55,213 nucleotides of DNA. Source: Tubiluchus corallicola. Lineage: Eukaryota > Animalia > Priapulida. How positions within the stretch are numbered: the first letter of the stretch is position 1; each line of letters starts with the position of its first letter. A program made the position numbers and the translations under genes. The stretch spans positions 1 through 55,213 of the forward strand of contig JAQGDQ010001210.1 in NCBI GenBank assembly GCA_030141605.1, read 5' to 3'. The notes beneath the pieces are model-generated. The model saw nothing but the letters and a program-made list of their open reading frames with translations. It was not told where the DNA came from and did no database searches. This document shows positions 16,618-31,157 of this stretch, in pieces.

Positions 16618-17645
16618 TGAGAAAATGTACTTTATGTAAGAATGGCAGCCTAGAAGATGTATTTCACTTTAGTATAAAATGTAATGTTTATTGTCAAGAA
16701 AGATCTGCGTTCTTAAATCAAATATCAGATATTTTTCCAAAATTCTCATCCAAGTGTGATATTGATAAGTTTATATTTTTAAACAAAAGTGGAGACGTGG
16801 AAGTTTTCCAGAATTCTCATCCACGTGTGATATTGATAAGCTTATATTTTTAAACAAAAGTGGAGATGTGGAAGTTTTCCAGAATTCCCATCCACATGTG
16901 ATATTGATAAGTTTATATTTTTAAACAAAAGTGGAGATGTGGAAGTTTTCCAGAATTCTCATCCACGTGTGATATTGATAAGTTTATATTTTTAAACAAA
17001 AGTGGAGACGTGGAAGTTTTCCAGAATTCTCATCCACGTGTGATATTGATAAGTTTATATTTTAAACAAAAGTGGAGATGTGGAAGTTTTCCAGAATTCT
17101 CATCCACGTGTGATATTGATGAGTTTATATTTTTGAACAAAAGTGGAGACGTGGAAGTTTTCCAGAATTCTCATCCACATGTGATATTGATAAGTTTATA
17201 TTTTTAAACAAAAGTGGAGATGTGGAAGTTTTCCAGAATTCTCATCCACGCGTGATATTGATAAGTTTATATTTTTAAACAAAAGTGGAGACGTGGAAGT
17301 TTTCCAGAATTCTCATCCATGTGTGATATTGATAAGTTTATATTTTTAAACAAAAGTGGAGATGTGGAAGTTAAGAAATTGTTGATTAACTACGTGCATA
17401 AAATTTCAACATCACGTGATTCTAAATTAAGAGGTATGAATTAATTTTGCTAAGAATTAATGTATTCAATCAGCACTGAGATATATATGTAGATGTGTTT
17501 CTTATAAATTATGGTATTTTTTAATCAGCTTTGCTTAACAAGAGCCCTGTATTTGTAGGGACGTGTTCCTGTATGCGTTAAGTGTGTGATTTGTTAATTG
17601 TACGTGTGTTTATGTTTGTAAAATAAAGCGTTTATTATATTACAT
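16618..17645 (+). mobile_element. 5'-truncated LINE ORF2 C-terminus (CCHC zinc knuckle; RTE-X-like) plus 3'UTR
   Basis: RKCTLCKNGSLEDVFHFSIKCNVYCQER..., resuming after the array as KSGDVEVKKLLINYVHKISTSRDSKLRGMN*; AATAAA at ~17622. Confidence 0.7.
16741..17372. repeat. 71-bp minisatellite, ~9 copies, inside the LINE ORF2 relic
   Basis: aattc(t/c)catcc recurs at 16741, 16812, 16883, ... Confidence 0.96.
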
Positions 17646-18049
17646 ATAAACAGGCCGATCAACTGATAGTTGTGCAATACCTTGCACCTGTTCGTATGTG
17701 GCACATATATAAATACCGCCCCAGTAACTGCCTGTGGTGTGTTATAAAATGTGTCGTTTACATGAATATGACATTATACACATTTTCCGAGGACAGTGAG
17801 TTTTTCTCAAAATGTGACGCCCCTCAAACTTTGGGGTCTCTAGGCTATTGGCTAATACGCCCCGAGTTGTATGTTTTGAGATGCCTGTAATCTTCAAAAA
17901 ATCTCGCGAGAAAACGCGTCGTTAGACGTGAAAAATTGTGCCGGATGACAACAATTTGTTGATCGTTGATGTGAGTTTGCGGGAATTATCTCTAAACCGT
18001 GTTTATTGTTTTTAACCTGGCTTCTGAAGCCAAGAGAAATGAAGCTAGG

Positions 18050-18724
18050 AAGCTGAAGAAAAAGCGCGTTCTTGAAGAGCAGTGGTAAAATCTGGGTAGG
18101 AAGAGTGGCTTCATTTCAAACTTGACTTGTGGACCAACAAAAATAACAGAAGCTTTTTCACAGTTTAGAAAACAAAACAAAAATCTTGTCCTTAAAGTAA
18201 AATCGAGCAATTGTTTAGACTCAATCTTATTTTAATTTACTCTCCAAAATATACATGTTATTGTCTATAAAAGTTAGCAATTGTGCCTTATATTTGAATA
18301 ATTAGCTTAGAAAGTTAATTAACGCAATCGAACACAGCTATTGCTTACGTCAGAAACTAACCACAGTTTGTGCAATGGCAGACATCTTCCCTTGCGCATC
18401 AAGCACGTTTCCGTAAGTGTTACCGCTTAAACGCGTGATGTCTTGAAAATGGGCTCTACGTCATAGGACGTCAGAGTTGATGATCATGGTAATCACGGTA
18501 CCGCTTTCTATTTGTCGGCCACGCGAATGTGACAAAAAGGCGCTGCTGCCAATCTTAGTAGATTCACTGAGCCGCGCGAAGCTTTGAAAGTTTAACGATA
18601 TTTGAGTATCCGAGGTTATTATTATTTAATCTAAGCTTTGATTTAAAAAAAGCTATTGTAGTTTTCAATATTTTAGAGCATTCTTTATTCTGAACTAATG
18701 TTTACACAATCGTCTGGTTTTCCT
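18050..18724 (+). mobile_element. Kolobok-like element, family C
   Basis: Ends ggttttcct|TTAA; inverted homologue at 48371-49008. Confidence 0.65.
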
Positions 18725-18766
18725 TTAATATAATCTCACTTTGAACTACAAAACCCTTTACTTACA

Positions 18767-19260
18767 TAAAGCTAAAATTAAAATTTTCTACCGCCTACAT
18801 ACCAGTGCCTTATTGCATACACAACTTGCGTAAACAGTAACGTTGCTTAAAACTTTTGACTTCAAATTCCCACGATGACCGTTAGACGCAGCCATTTTAA
18901 CAGTAAGTCGTTTGAAACAAGTTTAGATAACATTGTGTAAAGTTTGAAAAAATAGCCCTGGTATTCGTAGCACACAAGTCACTAACTAAGCAAAAGTAGA
19001 ATTTACCTGTTATCTGGCCAGTAAGGTTAATTGTACGTTTTTTGGCTAGTCACTGACGTAGCTTGAAGCAGTCACTGACGTAGCTTGAAGCAGTCACTGA
19101 CGTAGCTTGAAGCAGTCACTGACGTAGCTTGAAGCAGTGACTGACGTAGCTTGAAGCAGTCACTGACGTAGCTTGAAGCAGTCACTGACGTAGCTTGATG
19201 CACCCAGCGTGAGCATTTTAAATGACCAAGAATTTCATTTTTCAATAAGCCTTTTCGCAG
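18767..19260 (+). mobile_element. family A element with internal 22-bp array (19048-19197)
   Basis: Core ccttattgcatacacaacttgcgtaaacagtaacg; unit agtcactgacgtagcttgaagc x~7. Confidence 0.65.
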
Positions 19261-19410
19261 TTTCGTTGTGTGCACATGCCGTTGCTGTAGGTCAAAGGTT
19301 AAGTGTACCAGGACAACAGGTCACAACTACGACCGTCACGTGACGTGTAAAGAAAAACCGTCTGCCGCATCAGTTCAGTAATTTCAGTTGTTTTACGTGG
19401 ACTTATTATT

Positions 19411-19451
<41 letters not shown>

Positions 19452-19778
19452 CGTCGTCGTCGTCGTGGTCGTCATCATCATCATCATCATCATCATCATT
19501 AATTATTAGAATCAATAGCAAGTTGTGAAGATTGGTTACAATGAATAGATAGATCCAAAACTAGGAAGGATAGTCAAAAGTCACCTAGTCTGCTATCCTT
19601 ACTGTTAATTCAGCAGCTTCAGTTATTTTACATTGACTTTACTTAATTATGCTTTACTCTGTGCCTAGAGTGATTTACTAGCAGGATCTTGCTTGGGAAC
19701 AAGAGAAAAATGAACTAGGTAAGATTCTAGTTAGCATTTAAAGCTGTTACTGTTACAATAGCTTGGGTTGCGAGGCGT

Positions 19779-19953
19779 TGTCAAGTGTACACAAAAGCGT
19801 TGTCTGTTACACTTAACCTTTGACCTTCTTACTAGAGACATGGTCAAGTGTACACAAATGAGTTGTTTAGTACACTTAACCTTTGACCTTTTTACTAGAG
19901 ACATGGTCAAGTGTACACAAATGAGTTGTTTAGTACACTTAACCTTTGACCTT
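19779..19953. repeat. 63-bp tandem repeat, ~3 copies
   Basis: gtcaagtgtacacaaa...acttaacctttgacctt repeated. Confidence 0.9.
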
Positions 19954-20374
19954 TTCACGATCATCATCAATCGCTGGAACTGTGAAAAGGCTTATTACAT
20001 AGCTACCAAGCTTTCTAAGCAGAACATCCCTGTGTAAAACAATCTAAACTTCAACATTCTAAAATCATTAGCGCGCATGCGCCATGCTGCACACCGAATT
20101 CCACTGTTTTAATCGATAATAACTCAAAGCAGCGGGAAAGGGTTAAAAAGATTCTTTTTGAAATCGAGCGAATCTTGAAAATGTCGTCAATCATTTGACC
20201 TTTTTGCAAGCGATTTTTCAATAATGTGCGAAAGTTTGGAATCCAAACAAAATCTCGCCACATAATCTTCCTGCATCTGTAGGTGACTTTAACCAAAACA
20301 TTGCAGAAATTCGACTAAATGTTAGTAAAGGCAGTCGAGTTACGTGACATGTTCTTGCAAAGCGAGTCTAAACG

Positions 20375-20621
20375 ATGATGATGATGATGATGGTGATGGT
20401 GATGGTGATGGTGGTGATGGTGATGGTGATGGTGACGGTGATGGTGTTGGTGGTGATGGTGATGGTGATGATGATGGTGATGATGATGATGATGGTGGTG
20501 ATGGTGTTGGTGGTGATGGTGATGGTGACGGTGATGGTGATGGTGATGGTGTTGGTGGTGATGGTGATGGTGATAGTGATGATGATGATGATGATGGTGA
20601 TGGTGATGGTGATGGTGATGG

Positions 20622-20668
<47 letters not shown>

Positions 20669-20765
20669 ATAATGATGATGATGGTGATGGTGATGATGAT
20701 GGTGGTGATGGTAATGGTGTTGGTGGTGATGGTGATGGTGTTGGTGGTGATGGTGATGGTGATAG

Positions 20766-20800
<35 letters not shown>

Positions 20801-20831
20801 GTGATGGTGATGGTGATGGTGATGATGATGG

Positions 20832-20877
<46 letters not shown>

Positions 20878-20882
20878 GGTGA
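20375..20882. repeat. (GAT/GGT)n compound microsatellite
   Basis: Direct inspection. Confidence 0.95.
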
Positions 20883-21099
20883 TTAATCTTTCATTTTAAA
20901 ACAAAAGATATATTTACATAAATGTGAGTCGAGTTTTAGACAACGTTTTAACTTCACAATTAGTGCACACACATGCGCACGCACGCACACACACATGCAT
21001 GTACGTTGATGTATGATGTATCGAAAGGAAAGAGAGGGAGTGAAAGAGGGAGAGAAATAGAGAGGGGGGTCGGAGAATAATAGACAGAGCAGAGAAAGA

Positions 21100-21767
<668 letters not shown>

Positions 21768-22390
21768 TAGCTACTTATTTTTTGTAAAAACGCAGTACCG
21801 TAAATTAAGCCACTTATTATAAAGACGCAATTTATGAAACGTGTAACTCATTTTTAGGGTCACGAACAATAAACAAAACATAAAACGTTAATTTGAACCA
21901 CAATACTGATAAAAAAACTACTTTTTTGTAGTATTTACTCCGAGAAGACTTAGCTCGCTGTTGCTAGACATTCAATAAGCTCTTATCACATTTGCAAAAT
22001 CTCTGATGCATAATAAGTGTCAGGTGCAATTACGAATGCATAATAGCCTTACAACAATGCTCCACCGTGAGGTGCATTTGCGTTATATCCATATAATACC
22101 ATCTAAATCCCTCTTACAACCTTCCACGGTTATTAAAGATTTGTCTAGTCACCTGAGAAACCCATGTTCAACACAGAACGCTTAGGATTTGCGTTTAATC
22201 ATCACCTAATGGACCCCGTCTAATGAAGTTCCAGCAAAGCTTTGCTATCCAAGAAGACTGTGCCATCTTAAGCTGACTAGACGTCGTAAGCAAACAATGA
22301 GAGATCTACATAAGTTTGCAGCATAGAGGATTACTACGTTGTCTAATTGGCTGGCATTTCATGTGTAATAATGAAAGAACGAAGCATTAA

Positions 22391-23592
22391 AGGAAAAGAT
22401 AACCATTCTGAGAAGTTGAGCTTATTTCAGTGTTCACGAAAAATGTTAAAATGATTTAGTAATAAAACTGCAATAAGCGCCTCGTGTAATTAGTAAAATC
22501 ACTTTAAAGTCGCGATCACTTCATGCTTGGCGCAACCATTTTCAATACCAATTCTTCTTCCAATGACGTCATTCGTCGTGAAGAAAAGTAGCGCACTGTG
22601 TCAATCTTCGTCAAAAATATAATAAATTTTTACAAAAAAATAGCAAATTTTGTAATATTTTTGCGTAAACATTAGGAAAGCTGCAGAAGTTTGAATTAGC
22701 TTAAACAGCGCTCGCTTACGGAAAGCCACGATGCTATTACGAAAAGTCACGAAGTCTCCCAATGGCTACATCCACGCCGCCTGAAAATCTTTATTCAGAG
22801 GTAGTATGTTTTAAATTTATGCTTCATAGGCAGTTCTCTGAAAATTTCTTTGTTATATTTTTCTAAGTTTAAGTGATAACAGTAAAATAAACCCAACATA
22901 CTGAGTGAGTTGTTCTTTCCTTTAGCACACCACAAACAGTTTAAGTGATAACAGTAAAATAAACCCAACATACTGAGTGAGTTGTTCTTTCCTTTAGCAC
23001 ACCACAAACAGTTTAAGTGATAACAGTAAAATAAACCCAACATACTGAGTGAGTTGTTCTTTCCTTTAGCACACCACAAACAGTTTAAGTGATAACAGTA
23101 AAATAAACCCAACATACTGAGTGAGTTGTTCTTCCCTTTAGTACACAACAAACAGTTTAAGTGATAACAGTAAAATAAACCCAACATACTGAGTGAGTTG
23201 TTCTTCCCTTTAAATTTCTCAACCTCCAAGTCAGTGAAATAACGGAAAATAGCCCACTATCTTCATTGATGTAAACTCACAATAACGAGTGACTTGTTCT
23301 TTCTTCTCTTCTCTTCTCTTCTCTTCTCTTCTCTCCTCTCCTCTCCTCTCCTCTCCTCTCCTCTCTTCTCTTCTCTTCTCTTCTCCTCTCTTCCCTTTTC
23401 ATCCCTTCCCTTCCCATCCCTTCCATTCGCTTTCCTTCCCTTCCTTCCCTTTCCCTTTTCTTCTGTTTTCTTTTTTTCCCTTTACCCCCTCATTTTCACT
23501 TTATAGGCAGTTCTTTGCAAATTTCTCTGTTAAATTTGTCTAAGTTTAAGTCATAATAGTAAAATAAAGTCAACATACTGAGTGACTTGTTT
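22391..23592 (+). mobile_element. Kolobok-like element family B, copy 1 (72-bp array x5 at 22871-23212; CTCTT tract)
   Basis: TTAA|AGGAAAAG terminus; inverted homologue at 28867-30573; right end truncated. Confidence 0.7.
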
Positions 23593-24779
23593 GGGAACTT
23601 TTGCATGGGAGGTGCTCGCATTAGAGTCTCAATTTATTTATTTAAATTTCCTCCCTAAACTGTGGCTATAACTGCTTATAAAACGTTTCATTCGTTTTGG
23701 TTTCTAAGAAGCCAACGATGCAGCTTACAACAGCTTCGAATTTAGTTTAAGGAACGAAGCCAAAAAATACAATTCAATGCGCACTTTGGCAATTCGCGCT
23801 ACTCTATTATACACGCATTGAAGGGACAGAATTCGAGTTGGCTCCGACGTCATACTAGCACATCAACAGCATATATTTTGACAAGTAATAGTTTTCCTAT
23901 TGACGTTTCAAGGTTAAAAAGGAAAATTATGGCTTCATTGAAGAAAAATTTTCCCACGTACAAGCTATAATCGTAATGATATAGTAGCTAAGACTCTGAC
24001 AAATACATATTGTTTACCAATTTCGTTATACGGGGATGCAAAATTGGGGGTTTATCAAACTTGTAATTTTTGTAATTTGTAATTTATTATCACTTCAGCA
24101 TGTATTTTTACATCACAATTTGCATTATTATCTTTATAACTATTATGCCCTATAACTAGAAAATGAAATATAGTTACAATAATTGTAACAGAAGTACATT
24201 AGTATATTATAGCATGATATAGTTAGGGAAAAATTCCTAATATAATTACAAAAATTTAACAGAAGTTTACTAACATAGTTACTAAACAACATAATAGTTT
24301 GTCAACAAGAAATAGATGCTGCATGGTGGTCAAGAAGCAAAGCTTGTAAGACCACCATGAAAGGTGAAAAAAACGACTTAATTTACAAGAGAGAGAATTA
24401 TAGAAAAACAGGGAGTAGTTAAGATAAAATAATACACAGAGATAGAGAAAAAGAGAAAAGAAACGAATTAGAAAGAGGTTCAGCAGAGTAAACAATGAAG
24501 TAAAGAAAATATTCGGTTTGAGAAAAAATGAAAGCGTCAAATTGTTAATGTATTTTTGTGCCCACAATACCTGCGAATTATTTAATAGACAGTCAAAAAT
24601 TAAAATTTTGTGAGAAAAATTGCAAAATCTTGCACATTGAGAAGTCGAAAGCTATGCTACTATGCAAATAACAGTCAAGTAAATTTAAGATTTAAATATG
24701 GTTGTACTGTAGATCTAAACGAAAATGTAAAGTTAAAGGTTAAGAACTCATTCAAAGATCATGTTTTAAGATACCTATT

Positions 24780-25182
24780 ATAGATTTGCCATATTGGGGA
24801 TATTGGCCGTATAAAGTAGAGGATGTAATTACTGAATGTCCACTGTACGCTCATGTTAGAGAGGAATTCTTTCTGATTTCTGTCCTAACTTTCATTTTAT
24901 GTCTTCCAATGAACAGTTCGTGTTTTTAAATGCGTCATAAGATATAAAAGTTATTAAAATTAATGCTATTTAAATTTACTCCCTAAACTGTGGCTATAAC
25001 TGCTTATAAACCGTTTCATTAGTTTTTGTTTCTAGGAAACCAACGTTACAGCTTACAACAGCTTCGAATGTTGTAATCTGGATATAAAATTGAATTTCTG
25101 TTGATATGTTACTTTACTAACCTGTTTTACTAGCATTAAAGCTGTATATTTTTATGCGAAATAAACTAATAATAATAATAAT
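24780..25182 (+). mobile_element. degenerate LINE ORF2 3' end with (TAA)n tail
   Basis: VEDVITECPLYAHVREEFF...FVFLNAS parallels the 16.6-kb relic; 24970-25070 is duplicated at 23643-23740; AATAAA then (TAA)n. Confidence 0.5.
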
Positions 25183-25731
25183 GATATATATATAAGACGG
25201 GGCGCAACACCATAATATATATATATATCAGGGGCGTCGTGCACCAAAAAATTAGGGGGGCCCGACTGTATATAATGGCGGAACTTAACTGTTTAAAAAA
25301 CGTATAATTTTGAATTCCCACACAGTATCTGCTCAAAATCACGCCCTTTTATGCAGCAAACTCGTGGGAAAGAGTTGCTAAGGAGTAGCAAAGAGTCGGT
25401 AATGTCCAATCAGGAGGTGGCTGAGCCGTGGCTCATCAATTTGTATCTTCCAAACCGACTCTCTGGTACTAGGCTAGCTCGACAAACTGACTCTCTGGTA
25501 CTAGGCTAGCTCAACAAACTGAATCTCTGGTTTTAGGCTAGCTCGACATGACTTCAATGTTTGCATTGTTTGCACTGATATATATATATATATTAATGTA
25601 AAATTGATTCCTGTGATGTAATATCAAACTCAATATCGTATACGTATGACAGTTAATGGCACATTTTATTTGTGTGAAGGTATGAGATTTTTTAACTGCT
25701 AACCGACATTATTTATTTATTTACGTATTTG

Positions 25732-25848
<117 letters not shown>

Positions 25849-25984
25849 CAGTGGCAGATTTAGTAGCAGTTATAGCACGCCAAGTAAATATGGATTATAA
25901 TATTTTGAACGTTTAGCAGTAGTTTTTAGTGACTTATGTCGAGTAAAAGGTTTTACATATATATATAGAGAGAGATATATATAC

Positions 25985-26491
25985 ATAAAGCCAGAAAATT
26001 CGTCTTGACATTCTGTCTTACATGCATACAGTCTTATTACATGCAGAGCTTGAGTGAGCAGTAACGTTGTTTAAAACTTGCAAGTTTAAACTCCCGCGAT
26101 GACCACCAGGAGAAGCCATCTTAGTAGTGTGAAAAAAAGTTAAGATTGCGTTGCGCAAAGTTAAAAAACAGACAAAACAGTTGCACACTCTTCGAAAAAC
26201 GAAGCAAAATAACAAAATAACTGTATCTTGATTGTAAGATTAATAAAACGTTTTTGGTGAACCAGTGATGCACACTGGGAAGGTGAGTGAGCGACGTTTT
26301 GCCAATAGGCACGAGTATTTTAAATCACATAGAATTTTCTTTTCCAGTTACACGGGTTTTTCAAACAGGTGAGCATGAGGCTTAATAATATAACTTTTTG
26401 GGACATACTTGCAAATTGCTTACATCTTACGTAGTGTTTGTAATGAAAGACATTGAGTAGAGCTATAAGTCAATAAATGTTCCTCTTTATT
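25985..26491 (+). mobile_element. family A Kolobok-like element
   Basis: Core agtcttattacatgcagagcttgagtgagcagtaacg and gaaccagtgatgcacactggga shared with the 37.3- and 41.7-kb copies. Confidence 0.6.
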
Positions 26492-26599
26492 GAGGTCAAT
26501 AAATTAGGGACGGTTTGAACACGTTTCTCAAAATGAAACATCTGGGCGGCTCCAAAATTTGAACAGACAGCAAACTGTTGCTCAGAACAGTTTAAAACT

Positions 26600-27545
26600 T
26601 TTCCTACCCACGCTCCAACACCAGTATTACAACCATTCCTACATACGCCTCAACACTAGCATTGAAACCATTCCTACACACGCCCCAACACCAGTATTGC
26701 AACCATTCCTACACGCCCCAACACCTGCCCAACACCAGAGTTGCAACCCTTCCTACACACGCCCCAACACCAGCGTTGCAACCATTCCTACACACGCCCC
26801 AACACCAGCGTTGCAACCCTTCCTACACACGCCCCAACACCAGCATTGCAACCCTTCCTACACACGCCCCAACACCAGCGTTGCAACCATTCCTACACAC
26901 GCTCCAACACCAGCGTTGCAACCATTCCTACACACGCCCCAACACCAGCGTTGCAACCCTTCCTACACACGCCCCAACACCGGCGTTGCAACCCTTCCTA
27001 CACACGCTCCAACACCAGCGTTGCAACCATTCCTACACACGCCCCAACACCAGCATTGCAACCCTTCCTACACACGCCCCAACACCAGCGTTGCAACCCT
27101 TCCTACACACGCCCCAACACCAGCATTGCAACCCTTCCTACACACGCCCCAACACCAGCATTGCAACCCTTCCTACACACGACCCAACACCGGCGTTACA
27201 ACCCTTCCTACACACGCTCCAACACCAGCGTTGCAACCCTTCCTACACACGCTCCAACACCAGCGTTACAACCCTTCCTACACACGCCCCCACACCTGCG
27301 TTGCAACCCTTCTTACACACGCTCCAACACCGGCGTTACAACCCTTCCTACACACGACCCAACACCAGCGTTACAACCCTTTCCGCACACGCCCCAACAC
27401 CTGCCTTGCAACCCTTCCTACACACGCCCCCACACCTGCGTTGCAACCCTTCCTACACACGCCCGAACAATAGCGGTGCAACCCTTCCTACACTCACCCC
27501 AACGCCAGCGTTGCAACCCTTCCTACACACGCCCCAACACCTGCA
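26600..27545. repeat. 35-bp minisatellite, ~27 copies
   Basis: Unit gccccaacaccagcgttgcaacccttcctacacac (26761, 26796, ...). Confidence 0.96.
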
Positions 27546-27859
27546 TGGTAACACGGTCAATTTTGCTTCTCAACTTTTGAAAACAATTCCCGAAGGTGTC
27601 TTAGCGAAAAGGTTTATTAGAAATTTACAACCTCGTGCGCCCAATTTCAGTAAGTTACACAAGCTTTACAGAATTTCAAAGTAAGACATGTTGACATGGC
27701 GAGTGGAACAGCGCCCCTAGTGGCCCACAGACGTGCTAAAAGCTCTTTCAGGGCAATTTTTATTGGCAAGAAAAGAGAAGGTAAAATTGCGATAGGCCCG
27801 TAGATGGAACTGGATAAACTGACACGTCCAGTTTATTACTCACGCCAAGGCAGTCATGT

Positions 27860-27916
27860 TTGTCTGTCTGTCTGTCTGTCTGTTTGTGTGTCTGCCTGTC
27901 TGTCTGTCTGTCTAAC

Positions 27917-27953
<37 letters not shown>

Positions 27954-27988
27954 GCATGTTTGTGTGTCTATCTGTCTATCTGTCTGCA

Positions 27989-28072
<84 letters not shown>

Positions 28073-28185
28073 ACTGTCTGTCTGCATGCCTGCCTGTCTG
28101 TCTGTCAGTCGGCCAGCCTGTCTGCTTTTCTGTCTGCGTGTCTGTCTGTCGGTCAGTCAACCGGTCGATTTGTCTGTCTGTTATC
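27860..28185. repeat. (TCTG)n/(TG)n microsatellite
   Basis: Direct inspection. Confidence 0.93.
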
Positions 28186-28323
28186 TGTCTATTACTTAGT
28201 CACTTCATCAGTCAACTACTGTTTCCGGTTTTCTATCAGTCTGGGTATGTGTCAATCAAACAGATAATTACAAAAGGATAAATTTGGGGAAACCCTGTAA
28301 ACACCCTCTCTTTTCGGTTCAAA

Positions 28324-28345
28324 GGGTCAAAGGTCACAGTGACCT
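28324..28345. promoter_or_regulatory. composite nuclear-receptor motif: DR1 overlapping a consensus IR3 (ERE-type)
   Basis: GGGTCA-A-AGGTCA-CAG-TGACCT. The motif is exact; function is unproven. Confidence 0.3.
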
Positions 28346-28423
28346 CCACCAGGCGCTGGATTGCAGTTAATGCTAACGTGATGCAAATGTAATTATGATC
28401 ATGAACACATGTAACGCGTTAAG

Positions 28424-28645
28424 TGAACATGAACATGAACGCGAACATGAACACGAATATGAACACGAACATGAACACGAACACGAATATGAACATGAAC
28501 ATGAACATGAACATGAGCATGAGCATGAGCATGAGCATGAACATGAACATGAACATGAACATGAACATGAACATGAACATGAACATGAACATGAACACGA
28601 ACACGAACATGAACACGAATATGAACACGAACATGAACACGAACA
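28424..28645. repeat. (ATGAAC)n hexanucleotide repeat
   Basis: Direct inspection. Confidence 0.95.
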
Positions 28646-28866
28646 ATGTTTTTAAGTGTACGTGCAGTAATTATCTAAGAGTGATGTTAGTGTTGTCATT
28701 TTCTTGTCGTTTCATTGTTTTCTTTCACTTTTCCCGCCTCTCTTAACTCCACCGCTCTTCAAAAGATTACTTACATTAATGTTTTAATAATCTTGACTTC
28801 AAGAGGCTTTGACAACACGACAAGTCTGAGCTGCCTTTGAAACTGCAAGCATACATGAAGACTTAA

Positions 28867-30573
28867 AGCAAAGAACAACTCACTCAGTATGTTGGGTTTA
28901 TTTTACTGTTATCACTTAAACTTAGACAAATTTAACAGAGAAATTTGCAAAGAACTGCCTATAAAGTGAAAATGAAGGGGTAAAGGGAAAAAAAGAAAAC
29001 AGAAGAAAAGGGAAAGGGAAGGAAAGCGAATGGAAGGAAAGCGAATGGAAGGGATGGAAAGGGAAGGGATGAAAAGGGAAGGGAAGGGAAGAGAAGAGAA
29101 GAGAAGAGGAGAGGAGAGGAGAGGAGAGGAGAGAGGAGAGGAGAGGAGAGGAGAGGAGAGGAGAGGGGGAGAGGAGAGGAGAGGAGGGAGAGGAGAGGAG
29201 AGGAGAGGAGAGGGAGAGAGAGAGAGGAGAGGGAGAGAGAGAGGAGAGGAGAGGAGAGGAGAGAGAGGAGAGAGGAGAGAAGAGAAGGAGAGGGAGAAGG
29301 AGAGAAGAGAAGAGAAGAGAAGAGAAGAGAAGAGAAGAGAAGAGAAGAGAAGAGAAGAGAAGAGAAGAGAAGAGAAGAGAAGAGAAGAGAAGAGAAGAGA
29401 AGAGAAGAGAAGAGAAGAGAAGAGAAGAGAAGAGAAGAGAAGAGAAGAGAAGAGAAGAGAAGAAAAGAGAACAGAACCGAACAGAAGAAAGGAAATGGAA
29501 GAGAAGAGAAGAGAAGAGAAGAGAGAAGAGAGAAGAGAAGAGAAGAGAAGAGAAGAGAAGAGAAGAGAAGAGAAGAGAAGAGAAGAGAAGAGAAGTCACT
29601 CGTTATTGTGAATTTACGTCAATGAAGATAGTGGGCGGTTTTTCGTTTTTCGTTTTTCAACTTGGAGGTTGAGAAATTTAAAGGGAAGAACAACTCACTC
29701 AGTATGTTGGGTTTATTTTACTGTTATCACTTAAACTGTTTGTGGTGTGCTAAAGGAAAGAACAACTCACTCAGTATGTTGGGTTTATTTTACTGTTATC
29801 ACTTAAACTGTTTGTGGTGTGCTAAAGGAAAGAACAACTCACTCAGTATGTTGGGTTTATTTTACTGTTATCACTTAAACTGCAGAAAAAATTGCAGAAA
29901 AAACTTTTTACAAAGTTTAAAGTTGGAATATTCCATAATACATATTTATTAGTGTTAAAAAATATATACAATGCAAGAAAAAATACAAGACATACTTACA
30001 ATCTCAATTTTGAAATATTATGACATTAAACGCCAACAAAACAATTATTGATAAAACAAATATCATTGAATCTTCCTGTTAGTTATTTTAGTTTAATATA
30101 GTGTAAAGTTTACTAGAAAATAAACTGTCTCTGAATAGAAACTTTAGGCGTGGTGGTTGTCGCCATTCACTTGAATATTATGACGTAACAGGGGGACTTC
30201 GTGACTTTTCGTGAGCGCGTCGTGGCTTTCAGTACGAGCACGCTGCTTAAGCTAGTTCAAACTTCTGCAGCTTACCGGATGTTTATGTAAAAATATTACA
30301 AAATTAGCTATCTATTTTTTTGTAAAAACTTATTATACTTTTGATTAACGATTGATAGTGCGCTACTTTTCTTCAAGACGAATGACGTCATTGGAAGAAG
30401 AACGGGCATTGAAAATGAGAGTGTCCAAGCATGAGGTGATCGCGACTTTAAAGTGATTTTACTAGTTTACACGAGGTGCTTATTGCAGTTTTACCACTAA
30501 ATCCTTTGAACATTTTTCGTGAACGTAGAAATAACGTAGAAATAATAACTCCTCAGAAAGCTTGACCTTTCCT
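28867..30573 (-). mobile_element. Kolobok-like element family B, copy 2 (72-bp array x3; expanded GAGAA tract)
   Basis: TTAA at both ends (28863-28866 and 30574-30577) with AGCAAAG.../...CTTTCCT termini; reverse complement of 22391-23592. Confidence 0.75.
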
Positions 30574-30809
30574 TTAATGCCTGTGATATCAACGTTGAAA
30601 CCTGGCTTGCTGTTAGTGTAATTGTCAACACTCCCTAAAGCCTGTGAGATTGTAGAGGTAAATCTAGCGGAACAAATGTTACAATGTGATGACAATGGAT
30701 TGTTCACCGTGAACCATCTGTTTCAATTTCTTTAGTTTAATGCACCCCTTGCAAGATTAAGCTGCAGTGAATTTAATGCAAAAGCACGGAATTAACTCAG
30801 ATTAAGTTG

Positions 30810-31157
30810 AATGAATTAATTGAATCAGAATTAAATTGAACTGAATTGAATTGAATCGAAACTAATTGAATCGAATCGAATTAAATTGAATTAAACTGAA
30901 TTAGATTGAAATGAAATGAAATGAAATGAAATGAAATGAAATCAAATGAAATCAAATAAAATCAAATCAAATCAAATCATATCATATCATATCATATCAT
31001 ATCAAATCAAATCAAATCAAATCAAATCAAATCAAATCAAATCAAATCAAATCAAATCAAATCAAATCAAACTAAATTAAATTAATCAAATCAAATCAAA
31101 TCATATCAAATCAAATCATATCAAATCAAATCATATCCAAATCAAATCAAATCAAAT
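30810..31157. repeat. compound pentanucleotide repeat (AATTG/AAATG/AAATC/ATATC)
   Basis: Direct inspection. Confidence 0.93.

Noticed and set aside
22795-23229. 144-aa ORF with perfect 24-aa repeats (also 29662-29952)
   Set aside because: It arises from the 72-bp TE-terminal array being a multiple of three; non-ATG start and no protein similarity recognised.
26559-27684. Pro/His/Thr-rich mucin-like ORFs of 279-340 aa
   Set aside because: The 35-bp unit is not a multiple of three and all three frames are open, as expected for a stop-free minisatellite.
27709-27726. CTCF-like motif cagcgcccctagtggccc
   Set aside because: One base short of the core consensus spacing; unsupported without ChIP data.
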